A stretch of DNA of 49,815 bases, filler included, from Streblomastix strix (Eukaryota): NCBI GenBank assembly GCA_008636045.1. It is 3 parts of 3 records of this genome, joined end to end, with 100 filler letters (N's around TTAATTAATTAA, not from the genome) between each part and the next. Parts side by side here need not be neighbours in the genome. Positions count along the whole stretch, not along the records: positions 1 to 16,559 come from SNRW01000796.1; positions 16,660 to 33,193 come from SNRW01000797.1; 1 more part is not named here. One strand, written 5' to 3'. Both the position numbers and the translations under genes were made by a program. The notes beneath the pieces are model-generated. The model was not told where the DNA came from. It did no database searches and worked only from the letters and a program-made list of their open reading frames with translations. This document shows positions 11,575 to 25,700 of this stretch, in pieces (within the stretch, counting starts at the first letter, position 1; every line of letters begins with the position of its first letter).

Positions 11575-14500
11575 GGATTATTTTAATTCATCATTTCCAT
11601 GTTATTTTTATATTTTAAAAATATTTGAATGATAATTATACTTTGAATGATTGATATATCCTAAAAATTAGTTTTTCCGAAATTTCTCTATCAAGATAGC
11701 AATTTGTTATAATTATAATAAAATTGAATGACATATAATTATTTATTAATATAATAATAATAATTAATCTAAATTATTTCCTATATATAATTTCAATTGT
11801 TTAATGTTTTGAATTTTATTTCAAATTTATTTAATCAATTCAATAAAATTTTTATTTAAATGAATATAAATTTCCGTTTTCATTCGTTTTATATAACTTT
11901 TTCAAAAATATTTAAACTAAATTTTAATTATGATTGAATTTAAATATGAAAAAATTCATTTAATTAAATAATCATTTTTAATTTAAAACTTCAAATTAAA
12001 TCAATTCAATTCATTATTATACTAATTCAGCAAATTCTTAATATATTTATAAATTTATATTTATAATTTAGTAAAATTTCTATTCTATTACGCAATGCTA
12101 TGTTATATCTATTTTGAACTCTTTATTTTAATTTTGATTTATAATTTTAAATTTAGAATGAATTAATTATTTTAAATAATTTTTTTATAAAAAATAATAA
12201 AACAAAATTGGGAGAATGTTTTTCTAATGTTAAATAGATTATTTTTATTTTTTTAATCTCATCATTTTTGAAAGTACCTAATTCAATCCTAATGAGAAAA
12301 TTAAAAATGAGTTGAGAAATTTTAATGCATTTTATAATCGTTTCTTTTTGATAATTTAACAAAATTTTTAAAAATTTTTTAAGCTTAATTGCAGGTATTT
12401 TTCATTCAGTTCAACTAATATTTATTTATTTTTCAAATGAATTAATAAAATCAATTACTATTATAGCGGAAATGATGATAGATTTATATTTTTTTGATTT
12501 ATTAATATTTTTTAATATTTATATATATTTTTAATTACAATTTATTAATCATTTAGTCTCGTATTTAAAATTATTTTAAATTAAAATATAAAAAATTTTA
12601 TAGACTATTAGTTATGATGAAAAACGGCCATATAATAATAATTCAAAACAAAATAATCAAAAAAATTAATAATTTATTATTAATTGAATAATTTAAAAAA
12701 AATTAAAAAATGATGGTGTTTGAATATTTTTGTGGGAAGATATTTAATTTATTATATGTATTTTAATTAAAAAAAATATTAAAAAATTTAAAAATAATAA
12801 AAATTTGATAAAAAAGTATAAAATTTTAAGTTTATAATTTGAATTTAAATCAAAAAATTCGAGTCTGATTTTATTGACAATTTTGATTACGTCAATGAGA
12901 AAGCATTCCATCTGATTCATGATTTGAAGGTGCTAAAACTTTATTTCTTGCACTTCTGACCCATAGCATGAGATTAAGTGAATATATATATAATTTTGTC
13001 TATTTACTTTTCATAATTCGGATTATTTAATGTGCAAATTTAAATAAGTATAAAATGAGGATTTAGAATAATTAAGTTGTTTTGAATTTAATATAGAGAT
13101 TGAAAAACCAATTTTCAGAATATTATTAAAAGCTGATAGAAATAAAATTGGATTACAATGGTAGCTTCCCAACCATTATCGTATATCTCCTGTGTAAGAA
13201 ACTTTTGATTAAAAGAACATTGTACTTTAGGTTAAAAATTTTATGAAAAATTTTTTTAATTTAGTTTAATTTTTTTTTAAAATTTTGAAATATATTCGAA
13301 ATTTCGAAAAAATTGAAATAATTATAAAAAAAATCTTCAAATATTAATTAAAAATTGATTCTAAATAAAATTTAATAATAATTTTAATAATTTTTTTTTA
13401 AATAAATTTCAAAAAATTAATATTATTTATTTGATATTTTAATAATTCAATTTTATAAATTTGTGTATAGTTTCATAAATAAAATTTATTTAATAAAATA
13501 ATTAATATTAATCAAAAAAAATAAAAAAATAGAATTTTTTTCAAATGATAAAAAGAAATAAATATGAATTCTAACTATTATTCTATAAATAAATTTAAAA
13601 AAAATATTGAAAAAGTTTTCAAAGTTTGAAAATTTTAAAAAAAATTATTTAAGTTGTTCCAAAAAAAGATTTTTTTTAATTATTTTAAAAAATTATATGA
13701 AATATATGGCTATATATTAAAAAAAATTCGTAATGTATAAAACATTAATATAGGAAACAATTTGGAAATTAGTATTTTTTTTTAATTTTCACAGTTACAA
13801 TAAGAATTTTTGAAATAAATTTATTAAATTAAACCTAAAATCTAAATATAAATTATATGAATCAATTCAATATTTTAAAAAATATAATTAGAAATTGTCC
13901 ACTTTATCAGAATCTAAACAGTTCAATTTAGATTCATTAAGAAAGTCACTCTTTAGAATTAGTAATAAAAATTGGAATAAAAGATAAAAAAAGTGAAGTA
14001 TAAAATTGTTTAGTAAAAAATCATCTTAATCATTCATTATATATTAAATCATGAAATTTAAAGTAATCCTCTCTATCCACAATTAAATCTAACAATATTT
14101 AAGAGATTATTCTATAGTATAATACGCATTTAAATAAAAATTTAGAAGATATTCGAAACTTTTGAGAACAAATGAAGAAGAAATTTAAATCTAAAGTCAC
14201 AAAAGAAAATAATAATGATGTATTATAACTAACTGGTATATTCCTACTTTTTTATAATTGCTCATAAATTTAAATAAATGATATTATACTAGATTCTACT
14301 TATATAAAATATATAGCGAAGGTTAAAAAATATGCAATATTAGAGGCATAGACTAAAATTTTGAAATTTTTCTTTAAACATAATATTATTTGAGTAACGA
14401 AAATTCAGAATCATATTCGCAATTATTCTAAATTTTATGAAGTATTTTTTGTTTTGAAAAGAACTGCAAATGTCGTTTCGGAAGAATCTGCTCCTTAACT

Positions 14501-16049
14501 GAAACTCGCTGTTCAATAATATATCCCAAGATCTAAAAATATCCTGTATATTCTGCCTTTAATCGGAAATCAAAAATTCATCATTTCCCAAAAAAATTGG
14601 TTAAATAAATGTGACATAAATAAAATGTAAATTTTAATGAAAATTTTAAGAAATAAACAAAGGGATATATGAATATATTTAAACAGTAATTGATAAAGAA
14701 AAATAGTAATAAATTAATAGAAACTTTTCTCAATTTTGGACTGAACTTTTTGAAGTACCAGTTGTAGAGTCACAATCAAATTACTTTATTAATCGAAACG
14801 CGAAGTTGGATGATATCAAAACAAAAAATGTAGTAGAATTTGATACATTGCTCAAGCGAAAGAACAAATAGTGTTTAAAAATGTCGGAGAATTTGAACAA
14901 TGCATCGTGAAAGGAGAATCTAGAGAAAGCGAAAATTCATATTTAGGATGATTGACACAAGAATTTTGGATGGATTTGGGGCCCGGCTGTGTTTTTCAAC
15001 TTATTGAAATAGATGATTAATAATATTGTTGAAAGAAGGAATCAGAAAACAATTTCTTATACAGACGAAACTTTCTTAATGAATTAAGAAAAATAAAAGC
15101 TTAGGAAAGTGAACATTGAAACTATTAAACAAATGAAAAACTTAAGTTGATTACTTGCATAAGGATAAATTTATTGTAAACCTAGAAAGCAAATTCGAAT
15201 TTCTCGGATTGAATTGTAGTTCATGAAAGAAGGAAATTAGCATTCCAAGAGAATTGAGGAATCAATTTGGTCGGAGCATTAATAACTAGCTGGAGCAGAT
15301 GAAGAAAGGTAAAACAATGAGAGTTAAGACGATTGCAGTATCATAACGAGAACAGAATTTTCTGGGTACAAAATTTCTGGAAACATCATAGCGTATCCAT
15401 TCGATTTATCAGCCTGAAACAAAAGTTTGGAAGGAAGTTAGTCAGAAAATAAAAACTAATTTTCGAGGAAGATTCGTGGAGAGCAGGAATGGTGGAAGGA
15501 TCTAGTGAAGAAGATGAACCTTATCAGTTCGAGATGAAATAAGCAAAATGAATTCCGACATATGCTGGAATTGCCCTCAGAATGTTTGCAAAATATAATT
15601 TAATAAAACGAACTTCTACTGATTTATTGAACATTATTCAACAAAAATTTATTTTTTTATTTTACAATCATTTTTTCAAAAATTTAATAATCGTAGAATG
15701 TATTACTTAATTAAATTATTCTTAATTTTTGTGTATCTTTCATTTAATAAATAATTTGCTATTTATATCATTATTCATTTTATAATTTTTTTGATTTTAT
15801 CTAAAGATTAATAAAATTTTCTATAATTTTTATAAAACAATAATTTTATTTAGTTTTTAACTTAAATTTATTCAAATATTAATCAATTTTTTATATTTAT
15901 AAATATTTAATAATTAAAACAATAATTCTGTATATAATTACAAATATCGCTATACTTCAATTTTATTCTTAATAAATCCTAATATAAATTTTTTCGACAA
16001 TTTTTCTATTTTATCTGTCGAAATCGATCGTTTTTAGATTTATAATTGT
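11575..16049 (+). repeat. Composite dispersed repeat, copy 2 (segments A 11575-12567, Y 12568-14432, B 14433-14705, C 14705-16049)
   Basis: Direct-repeat alignment to copy 1 (72-4232). Lacks segment X and carries segment Y instead between A and B. Confidence 0.9.
14780..15545 (+). pseudogene. Decayed DIRS-type reverse transcriptase, second copy
   Basis: Motifs NFGWIWGPAVF, SYTDETFLMNQ, KFEFLG and IRGEQEWWKDLV. Paralogous to 2950-3720, with frameshifts and stops. Confidence 0.75.
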
Positions 16050-16559
16050 TAACCATGGCATTTTAGGCAAAAGTGTAGACAGCCCTGGGAAAAATTTTTG
16101 CCTTCGCGTGCCTTCAAACCAACTCCAGCTTATTCTGTGAGAAATGCCAAATAAAGAGGTGGTATACCAACAAATTATATATTAGAGCTGATCTGCACGA
16201 GCTACAGCTTTTTCTCCTTTTCTCCGTAAAAACTAAGAATATTGGTATTCTAATAATATTTTTTTTAATAATGGCTGGGGTTCACGTCAAAATTTTCTTA
16301 TTTTTTCTAGATCATATCTGGATGGCAAGATTAACATCTAATCCTTATTAAAATTTGAAATGACCACAGATCGTCGGTCACGACACCAAAACTTTCAATT
16401 TATGTCTAATGGCACTACAAGCGCATTTTCCCATTGTATGAGCAGGGGTTATTTTTTAGAGAGCGTTTTAATTTTTTTCAAGACCTCATTTTCCAATCTC
16501 AATAAAATGACCACAGATCATCCGCCACACTGTTTCAGCTTCTAATTTTTATTACTAAT

Positions 16560-16659
16560 NNNNNNNNNNNNNNNNNNNNNNNNNNNNNNNNNNNNNNNNN
16601 NNNTTAATTAATTAANNNNNNNNNNNNNNNNNNNNNNNNNNNNNNNNNNNNNNNNNNNN
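16560..16659. other. Artificial contig linker (N run with TTAATTAATTAA at 16604-16615)
   Basis: 100-nt spacer with a central six-frame standard-code stop cassette. Identical design at 33194-33293. Confidence 0.95.
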
Positions 16660-16787
16660 GACAAAAGAAGAAATAAATTAAATCTAAATTGTAGTTGAGT
16701 TTATTGAAATAAAATCTTTGAAATGACACTCATAAATGTATAATTATTACCATATTCTTTTAAGAAATTGAAAATGTAAATGATTCA

Positions 16788-19700
16788 TCATACTGCCGCT
16801 GATATTCTATCAAAGATTTGAGCTACTTCAGCCATTGTACTTCCAATAGAAACTTAGCCTCCACAACGAACGAGACTGTTTAATGAACTCTAATTCAATG
16901 ATCCAAATCCAACAACATCAATCCTAACACCCATAGCTGCAAGTTAGTTACATTCACTAGTTGCATCGCTCCCGTAACCGTCTGTGAAAAATAGTATTCT
17001 GCATTCATATTGGGGAGGATTTCTTTGAGCAACAGGTATAGCAGTTTATAAAGCTATTTTGAAATCGGTTCCATCGCCATCATAACCTTCCATAGGACCT
17101 AATTGCCTGTTTTATCGTTCATATACTATCCGAGCTGAACCAGAAAATGGAACAACAGATATTATTCCACCATTCTGTGTTTAGGTTTCAATATATTTGT
17201 TTGTTACAATAATTAATTGGCCGTATGATCCGCTCATCGATCCAGAACCGTCTAAAACAAGTATTGAATGTCTAGGACGAGAAGTCACAGGTTTTTTCCT
17301 CCATCCAGTGAAAGATGGGATGTCATATTATTTCGTAAGTGCAGGTGTTGAAGTTAAAATTTATTTTGCACTTAATTTAGCAGCATAACTCCTTTCTTCA
17401 AATCTGGTCAACCAACATGAGATTGATACAACCAACCTTCCAACTCCCTTTTCATCTTATCCAAACTCTGAGAATGCAGAAGTGAATCCTCCATGAAGAA
17501 CAATTGGACCAGGAGATGTTTTTGCTCCATCACAAGTTCCGCTGCAATATTATGCTTCTGATTCTTGAGGTATCTTATGATCAAAGAAAAGAATGAATGG
17601 ACGAGGAGGTGAAACATCTTCTGATGTCCATGCAAATGGAGTGAATGGAGACAATTATTCTGGAGTTGTTATTGGTTTATCTTATTTATCAACTGCATAT
17701 GAGATTGTGTTCCCTTCTGAGAATTTAATTAATCCAGGTCGAAGTGAGATTCTTTTCCTTGAAGGTCCTGGTGCCCCCAGACGTAATGTATGGTTGAATG
17801 AACCTGGTGAGATTGTTTCGGTTTTCTAAACTTATATTTATTTCTTTCCGAGATAATTTCCTCCAAGACGTACATCAGTATAGCATTAGTTACCTTCATG
17901 CATAAAGTTGAAGTGGTTTGCAAGAAAGTAGTTTGCTTCGAAGTTAAATGGATCATTGTCACAAAACAAGAATAAGCCCCCACCATTTTGCCAGAAATCG
18001 GATACTGCTTATAAGAATGGAACAATCTTGTTTGTGTCTTTATCTTTAGCTTCATCTGGAAGATCTCCATATCCTGGAGACGAGAATAGCCAAAGTTGAG
18101 TGTATGGGCATCTCCCATTCTCAACACGCTGCAATTCATTCAATCCTTCTCCATATGAACATACAAATTTATATTTAAAGCCTTTTCGAGTAAGCACTTT
18201 TCCGCATTACTCATCAAATATTTTTTATTTGAATAGACTTGGATCTTTTTCAAATACTCCCAGATACAAACAGACAACAAGTACTTGAAATCCATCAAAA
18301 ACTTTGTCGTAATAAGGTTCATCTTCAGGATTCTTATCCAGATTTAGAGCAGCTCCCATCATAAAGAAAATATCAGTGTTGCCAAATGACTCAAAGAAAT
18401 CTTCAGAAAGTTCTCTATCATGAATATTCTTTGCCAGTGAAGTGCACAATTGAGGATTTCCACATAACAATCCTTCAAGATATTTCTCTTTCGCTACATC
18501 AAGTATAGAAAACAGCTGTCTTGCGATAACTGTTCCGCTTGCATTAGCTCCAGATACACCAAGTGCAACAGCCATCGCTTATCCGAGATCTGCTGGATTT
18601 GGAGAATATAGAGATACAGGAAATAGGAGTGGTAGTTACATAGGTGCAATTCCCAAGCCAACACCAATTACATCTATTTGACTTTCATCGCAGTCATGAA
18701 TTGCTTGTTATAAGGCGCTCACTTCGGATTAATTAGTTACAATGCTATCAGTGAACACTATTATACGTCTTCCAAATCCAACTCCGCTTCGTCTTGATGT
18801 TATTTGAAGTGCTGCTTATAGACCTGATCCAACACCACTTTCTTTTCCAGAATATTTCTGCGCTGTAAACAAAATATCTGATATTAATGACCAGTCTGAA
18901 AGCTGACTTGCTTAGAAATTGTGTATTAAAAGATTTGCTTTGCCTGCGCTTGCTACGATCACATCAACAACAATCTCTTCTCCATCTGGAATAAGAGTAA
19001 CAGAACCAATAAGTGATGCAACTGTATAGACGGAGCTTTGGAAGTTTAATTTAGAAAATATTCTCTTTGTGGAGTCAATCACAAATGTTATTGAATAAGC
19101 TTTCTGGTTTCGTTTGCTCTTCTTAAGGAATATGTATGGATAGGTGTAACCAGATTAAATAAACCTTCTTAGTCCAGGAATCCAAAGTTGTCCAGAAGAA
19201 GCTGAAGGTTCTTTACCAGCAGCGCGATTTGGAATGAAAGAATGAGTAAGTGCCTCTGTTGCCACATCACGAGCAACTCCATTAAATGGAATTTTGGCTT
19301 CAGTAATAATTGATTTCTTCAGCCAATTCGGATCAGTCTCTAAGTTTCTAAGTTCTTATATTTGTTTCGCTTTTTCTTATATGTTGATTGATAATATTGG
19401 AAAGTTCTATGTTGATTTTGACTGGACAAAGAAGTCATTTCCTGTTTTTGTTTATATTTCATGTGTTTTTGTGAGATTCGCCCAGAAAAGACTGGAATTT
19501 TTGCCAGGTTTACAGATTTCAAATTTGGGAGCTTCAACATTTGTATTTGTTTTCTGTTCATTCTTTCTTACGATTGATTGAGATATTTCATTTGTTATCT
19601 TTGGTAGTGTGCTTTCTGGGGTGGATATTCCTTTGCAAAGATCTTTGGGATCAATACAAAATGCGCTGATATTGCCTCCAGGAGTGAATTGAGGAAGAAT

Positions 19701-22700
19701 TCCATTTTCATATAATTTTTATGGAACTTTTTTTGCATCCAAAATAGTTTTATCAAATTCAGTTTTAAGTGAAATTAATATACATTAACCAACATTATCA
19801 GTTGACCAATCTCGAGCTCTATCAATCACTTATGAACTGATGAAATCAGAAATAACAATTGTAACATGATTTGATGCTAATTTTTTTGTTTCTGTTGTTT
19901 TTAATTTTCTTAAATCCCACTCGTTGTGTGAAGTGATAGCAGCATCAAGTGGGCATGATCCTGGTCTATTACCTTCACGAAGAGCATCAATAAGTCTCAT
20001 TAAGTCTTAAAGTGAATCTTTTTTGGTTGGATTTGATAGCCTCCAAATTGCTTCTCTGTCAGCAAAAGCGTAGATATATAGTGGAACTCCTAATATTGAG
20101 AATACATAAGTAATTCCAGCTGCTAATATCATTGCTCCCATTTGTTTAGCTTTTGCTAACTTTGTCATAGATGCACTAATATCCACCATAAGAGATACTT
20201 CTGTATTCTGCAAAGTAAATGGAATTATATTGTTCTATTCAAATGGTACAATCATCTTTACAATATCTGTATAAAGCAAAGATTACACTTAAAGTGAATG
20301 TTCATGAATTTCCGTAATTTCTGGCCTTTTATCAACATTTTATGAATCAAGCTTATCTTATGTACCATCAAGAGGAATAATAACTCTACCTTCAGATACT
20401 TTTTTCTTACTATCCTTTCCAAGTGGTGCTCTTTCTACAGTCTACCATTCCATGATAAGTAAATCTTCCACTTTCTTTCCATCCAACAATTCTGAGATGT
20501 TTGTTTATATTAATCTTTTTTCAATTTCATTTGTGTTAACCTTCATAGATATAAGTTCTTGATTATCAACGGTAGTCCTGTCTATAATAGCATTTTTAAT
20601 AGCTAATATTCGATCAGCTTCTGAAATTTCTGGAATAATCTTTTCTTTTTTTCTTTTATCTTTCTCAATCTTACTTCTTTCTTATTCCTATCTCTTTTAT
20701 TCAATTTCAATTTTCTTCTTTTATTCTTATTCTTCCTCCTTCTTTTTCTATTATATTTATTCATTTTTATTAATTTATTCTTTTTTCATTTACTAATTCT
20801 ATTATTATATTCTATGAGGTCCATTTCTAGCATCGAATATAAAATCATTTTATGTTTATTAACCCCAAACTCCAACTTTCAGTTTGCTTTCAGGAATTTG
20901 AGTAATTTAAACATTTGCAGTGTGAAAATCGCCAAGTGTTTTATTCTAATTAATTTTGGATATTGAAATGTCAGATGGAGAAGAAACACCAAGTTTTCCC
21001 AAAATTGTCCATGCAAAATAGCACCCTTCAGCAGCTTTATCAATTTAATCTTTGAGAATCTATTTGTTTTATTAACTATTTTCAAGTTGTTTTATTATTC
21101 TTGTTAATATTCCTAAATTAAAAATTATTTATGAAATGTTTTAATTTGCAGAACATTATATTGCAATTATTGCTTGATTGATAAGAGAAGGAATTTGAAT
21201 GAGAATTGAGTTGAGATTTGATGGATTTTATGCTGATTTAAACTATTGAATAATTTACCCCATTTTTTATTCAACTTAAACAAGTAAATCACTGATTGAG
21301 ATTGGCGCCTTATTCTCTAAATTAGGCTCAGATGGGAAATACGGAGGTTTTATATTATCAATTGTTTCAAATAAATTCTCTACATTTTCTGCATTTACGA
21401 ATTTACCATTAATCACACCAATATTATTGACTTCTACTCCTTCAATATTTTTCAAAGTTTTAAGATTATAGCTGAGATCTTTCAATTTTGGAATATTATT
21501 TGGAGTTCGAGGTCCATGTATTATCTTTTCTCTGAATACTTCAATCTCTCGTGAAGTGAGTTGGAAAGGATTGCAAAGTGTGAAAAGAAGTGTTATTGCT
21601 CCCCAAATAAGATGCATTCCTTTTATCTTATTTTCTGCCTAATCTTTTGGTACTGTAGGAATTAATATAGACCAATCTTCTCGTTTTGTCACTTTTCGAG
21701 CAATTTCTGTTATAAAATCTGGAATAGATTTCCCTGGTTATCGTTGCATTTAACTATCAAGAGCAAGAATAATCTTGCTAAAAATAGATTCAACATTCTT
21801 TCCTTTAGCTTCTTTTTATGCACTTTTAAGTACAGAATCCAGATCTGGTTATTATATTTTGTTGTTTTTCAGGAAAATATTAGCAGCATCAACAAGTAAT
21901 TTAGGTATTTTGGCAATTTTCTTATCAGATAAGTTATTAATCTCATTAATTTTCTCATTTGCTTTTTATATATCTTTGTCCAAAGAATCATCAATGATTC
22001 GAACATATTCATGATTTTCTCCACTTTCTGCCCAAAGAACACAAGCTTCTGAAGGTACTGGTACATTTGCTTCAATATTTTTTAATCCGTATTGTTTATC
22101 TAATATCCATCGTTTTAATCCTTGATAATTTTTTGATACTACTAATTATGCGTTATTATAATAATATTTATCTTCAGTAATAATAATTGGACTATCATTT
22201 TTTGTGAATGTTGCTTTTGTCATATACTCAAATCGAGATTATCCATCAGCATTAACTCTCCAGCAAGGAAAATAAGTTCCTTCATCTATTTCAATCTAAC
22301 CATTTCCTGATAATATTTTGAATTTTGGTTAGCTTTTTACTAATTTAATTATAATTTATGATCTACCAACTGTGATTGTTCGATCTTTTGCATTACATAA
22401 ATTGATCTTCACAACAACTGACATTTGTGGTTAAATTGAAATCTAGTCAGTTTCAATAATATCGTCTTTTTCAGATGAACGAATTGATATGTTTTATTCT
22501 TCATCATCTTAATTATAAATTATTATGTGTGTATAATTGCATTTCACTAATTTGATTTATTAGTTTTCTGGGTTAGCAGGATGATAAACTCCAACTGAAG
22601 AAATATTTGAGACAGGTACCCTCAAATTCAACTTATAAAGCTCGGCAAGTCCAAATCCAACCGTTAGTAAACCCTCACAAACACCTGTAGTATCTGTATT

Positions 22701-25700
22701 GAATTTCATGTTAAATTAACATTTTTCTTAATCTATGAGTATTGTTGGTTTATCCACAGTTTTATCGGATTCTGATGATAATGAATAGTCAAATGTTTTT
22801 GATGATAAATATGCATGAGGAATATTATGATTGAGTAAAACACTTTTTGTATATTTTTTGGGGTTCAATGTGCACTATGTGTCAGTACTGAATGTTAAAG
22901 GAACTGGTGATTAAATAATTGCACATAAGGGCGATGCACACGCAAATGCATTAACTTTACAAATAGCATAACTAGACTATTTTATGCTCTTTGCAATTAT
23001 CTTGAACGAAGACCAAGATGATGATGGTTCTTCATGAATTTATTCTTAAACTTAAAAATTAATTTTAATAACTCCTCGATCCTTAACTTTATCAGAAGAA
23101 AGCTTTGCTATTAAATCGATTCCCTAAATATCTGAAAGTTCGATTATTACATCATCGCCTGAAAGGTTGTCAATAGCAATAGCTCCACAATTTGGAGATG
23201 ATGCTCCATCAAAATAAATTCCAAAGTCTGCTGTAATTGATGATGAAATGAATTACAGCTAGTTTTATTATCCACAAATTAATGCATTTAAATCTTTTCC
23301 TATTATAGTTTAATTGGTATTTTTAATGATTATTCTAGAATCATTTTATTATTTTTGTGTATATAAAATGACTGGTTCAAAAAGAGGAACGAAGTTTTAT
23401 ATTGCTCGTAATAAAATATTAAATTGGTTTATTTTAATTTCAACTTTCGAATAACTATTTTCATTTATCAATGTTTTTTTATTATATTATCTTTGTTTAT
23501 TCTCAATGTCTGGAAATCTTTTTTATAAATCTGCAATTGCTTAAGTATATTGATTTTAAGTTGTATAATAATATTTTTATCTTGATATTTTTGCATTATC
23601 TTCTTCTAATTTATTCAAAATTAAACAAGCTAAAGCGGTTTGGATATCAATCAATGGTGTTGTTTCAAGTGGAACTTGATCTTCTTTTAATAATCTTTCA
23701 ACATAATCTTTCAAAGAAAGGAGGATTGGATCATCTAATTTGTTTTAATCAAGTATTCGTCGATTAGAATTAGAATTTTAAAGAATATTGTCTATAACAG
23801 ATCGGGCAATTTGCGCTTCACTATCTTCTATTAGATTGCATCCTAGCAAATTTGCAATCCTGTATCCAAAAGTTTTATTTCTGTCAAGTTAAAGTAGCAT
23901 TATATGTAATCTATCTTCCCAAGATTAGTAATCATGTTAATTTTAAGACTTCAAATTCCGTTATTATTTTGCAAATGCATGTAACAGGATATAAAGTACT
24001 GATAATCTTTTTTTATTTTCCCATTCATTTTTATCTTCTAACGCTTGTTTATATTCAACAGAAAACTTTTGATATGCAATTCCTTCACCGGGATATTCTA
24101 CAAGTTCTCTTTTAAGTGTTTTTATATCAGAATTTGGATCTAAAAGCCATTTAGGTTAAAATTATTATTATTAAAAATCATCAGAAATATTTAATAATTA
24201 GTGAATTATTTGACCAGTTTCATCATAAGGAATATTTCTCTCCCATAATTTTTAATCAATTACTTCCAATTTATTTCTCATATCTTTTCCCTTAAGAAGT
24301 TCTGCACATTTCAAAAGTGCTTCCCTTTTATTTGATGGTTTATATATGCCTATATTTAATGGGGTATAATTACTTGATTATACTAATGGTCCTGCAAATG
24401 TTCCTGAATTTGTAGTGAATTATATGCAGGTAAGAAGATCAGCTGGTTAAAATGAAGGAAATTGAATATAATTTGTACAATAAGGAGATTTCTACAGTAT
24501 GTTAACTATGCATTTATCACCTTGAATAAGTAATTAAAGCACTTCCGAGATTTTGATTGGATAGTGTGAGTCAATAGAATTAACATAGTAAAGAAGATGA
24601 ACTATGCTTAAAGATTGCAACTGGTTAACATATTCTTCCTTAAGTTTTTATCCTTCATTCGCTTGTTCAAGAAGATGAAAGAAAGGATTGGTAATACTAT
24701 CTATAGATTGACCTTCATCAAATAAAGCAAGTGTTGATACAATATTTTCAAATGATGAATCTTTAGCGGCTTTTGCAATTGCATCTTCTCTTCTTGTATA
24801 ATTAATTAGTGCAGATACAACCTCGTCATATTTCGGATCTTTCTCGTATTCTTCTACGATTTTTGGTATTTTTGACGACCCAGTAACAATATCTTATCTT
24901 AAAGCTAGAGATTGACTGAAGTTTTTAAGAGTTTAAATGCTATTTTAAAGTCTTTTTGGATTTGTATTTTTGAATGGTTTATTTATCTTCTAATGGAAAT
25001 CTATTGCAATCTGAGCATCTTTTGTTAATCTTTTTCCTTTACTTAATGTTTCTAGACTGTCAACAACTGAGTTAAAACTTGTTATAAGATCTTGTTTTTA
25101 TTTATCAGATTAACTATTTTCACCTTATTCAATCACTTCCTCGTGAATTTTTAATAAAAATTATTATTAATTACTCCACAGTTCAACTCCAACTTCTTTG
25201 AAAATATTGATTATTTCCGTTGCCGAATCATTAAAAGATATAAGAAATATTTTTGTAGCATCTACGGTTTTATGTTCTTTAAGTAAATCTCCTGCAATTT
25301 TTCGAATTTATAATTTTTTTATGTTATTTGTAAATTAAGCAAATTCATATGCTCTCTAACATAATTTAGCACTAAGAGGAAGAAGTGTCGTTCCAAATGG
25401 TTCTTTTCCAACTTCAATTGCTTTCTTTCTGTACTGACGAAGAGCATCAATAAGTTCTTAGAGCGTGTCATTATAAGCAAGAAGATTACTAGGAATATCA
25501 TAAAATACATCTACCAAGATCCAAAGTTTTTACTCTATATTTAATTCTTTCAAATTAAAATATTCATTTGTAATCTATTCGGTTTAATTTGAGATATTTA
25601 TGTTAATAAGAGGTGCAATTTGAAGTTAGCTTGTTGAAATAATTTGGGATACTTCAGCAATTTATACTGAAATTTCTTATTCTCCTAATTTTATTTTTGG

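Noticed and set aside
16604..16615. Palindromic TTAATTAATTAA inside N runs (also 33238-33249)
   Set aside because: Artificial concatenation linker. The three segments are 16559, 16534 and 16522 nt, consistent with length-sorted contigs, so gene neighbourhoods across linkers are meaningless.
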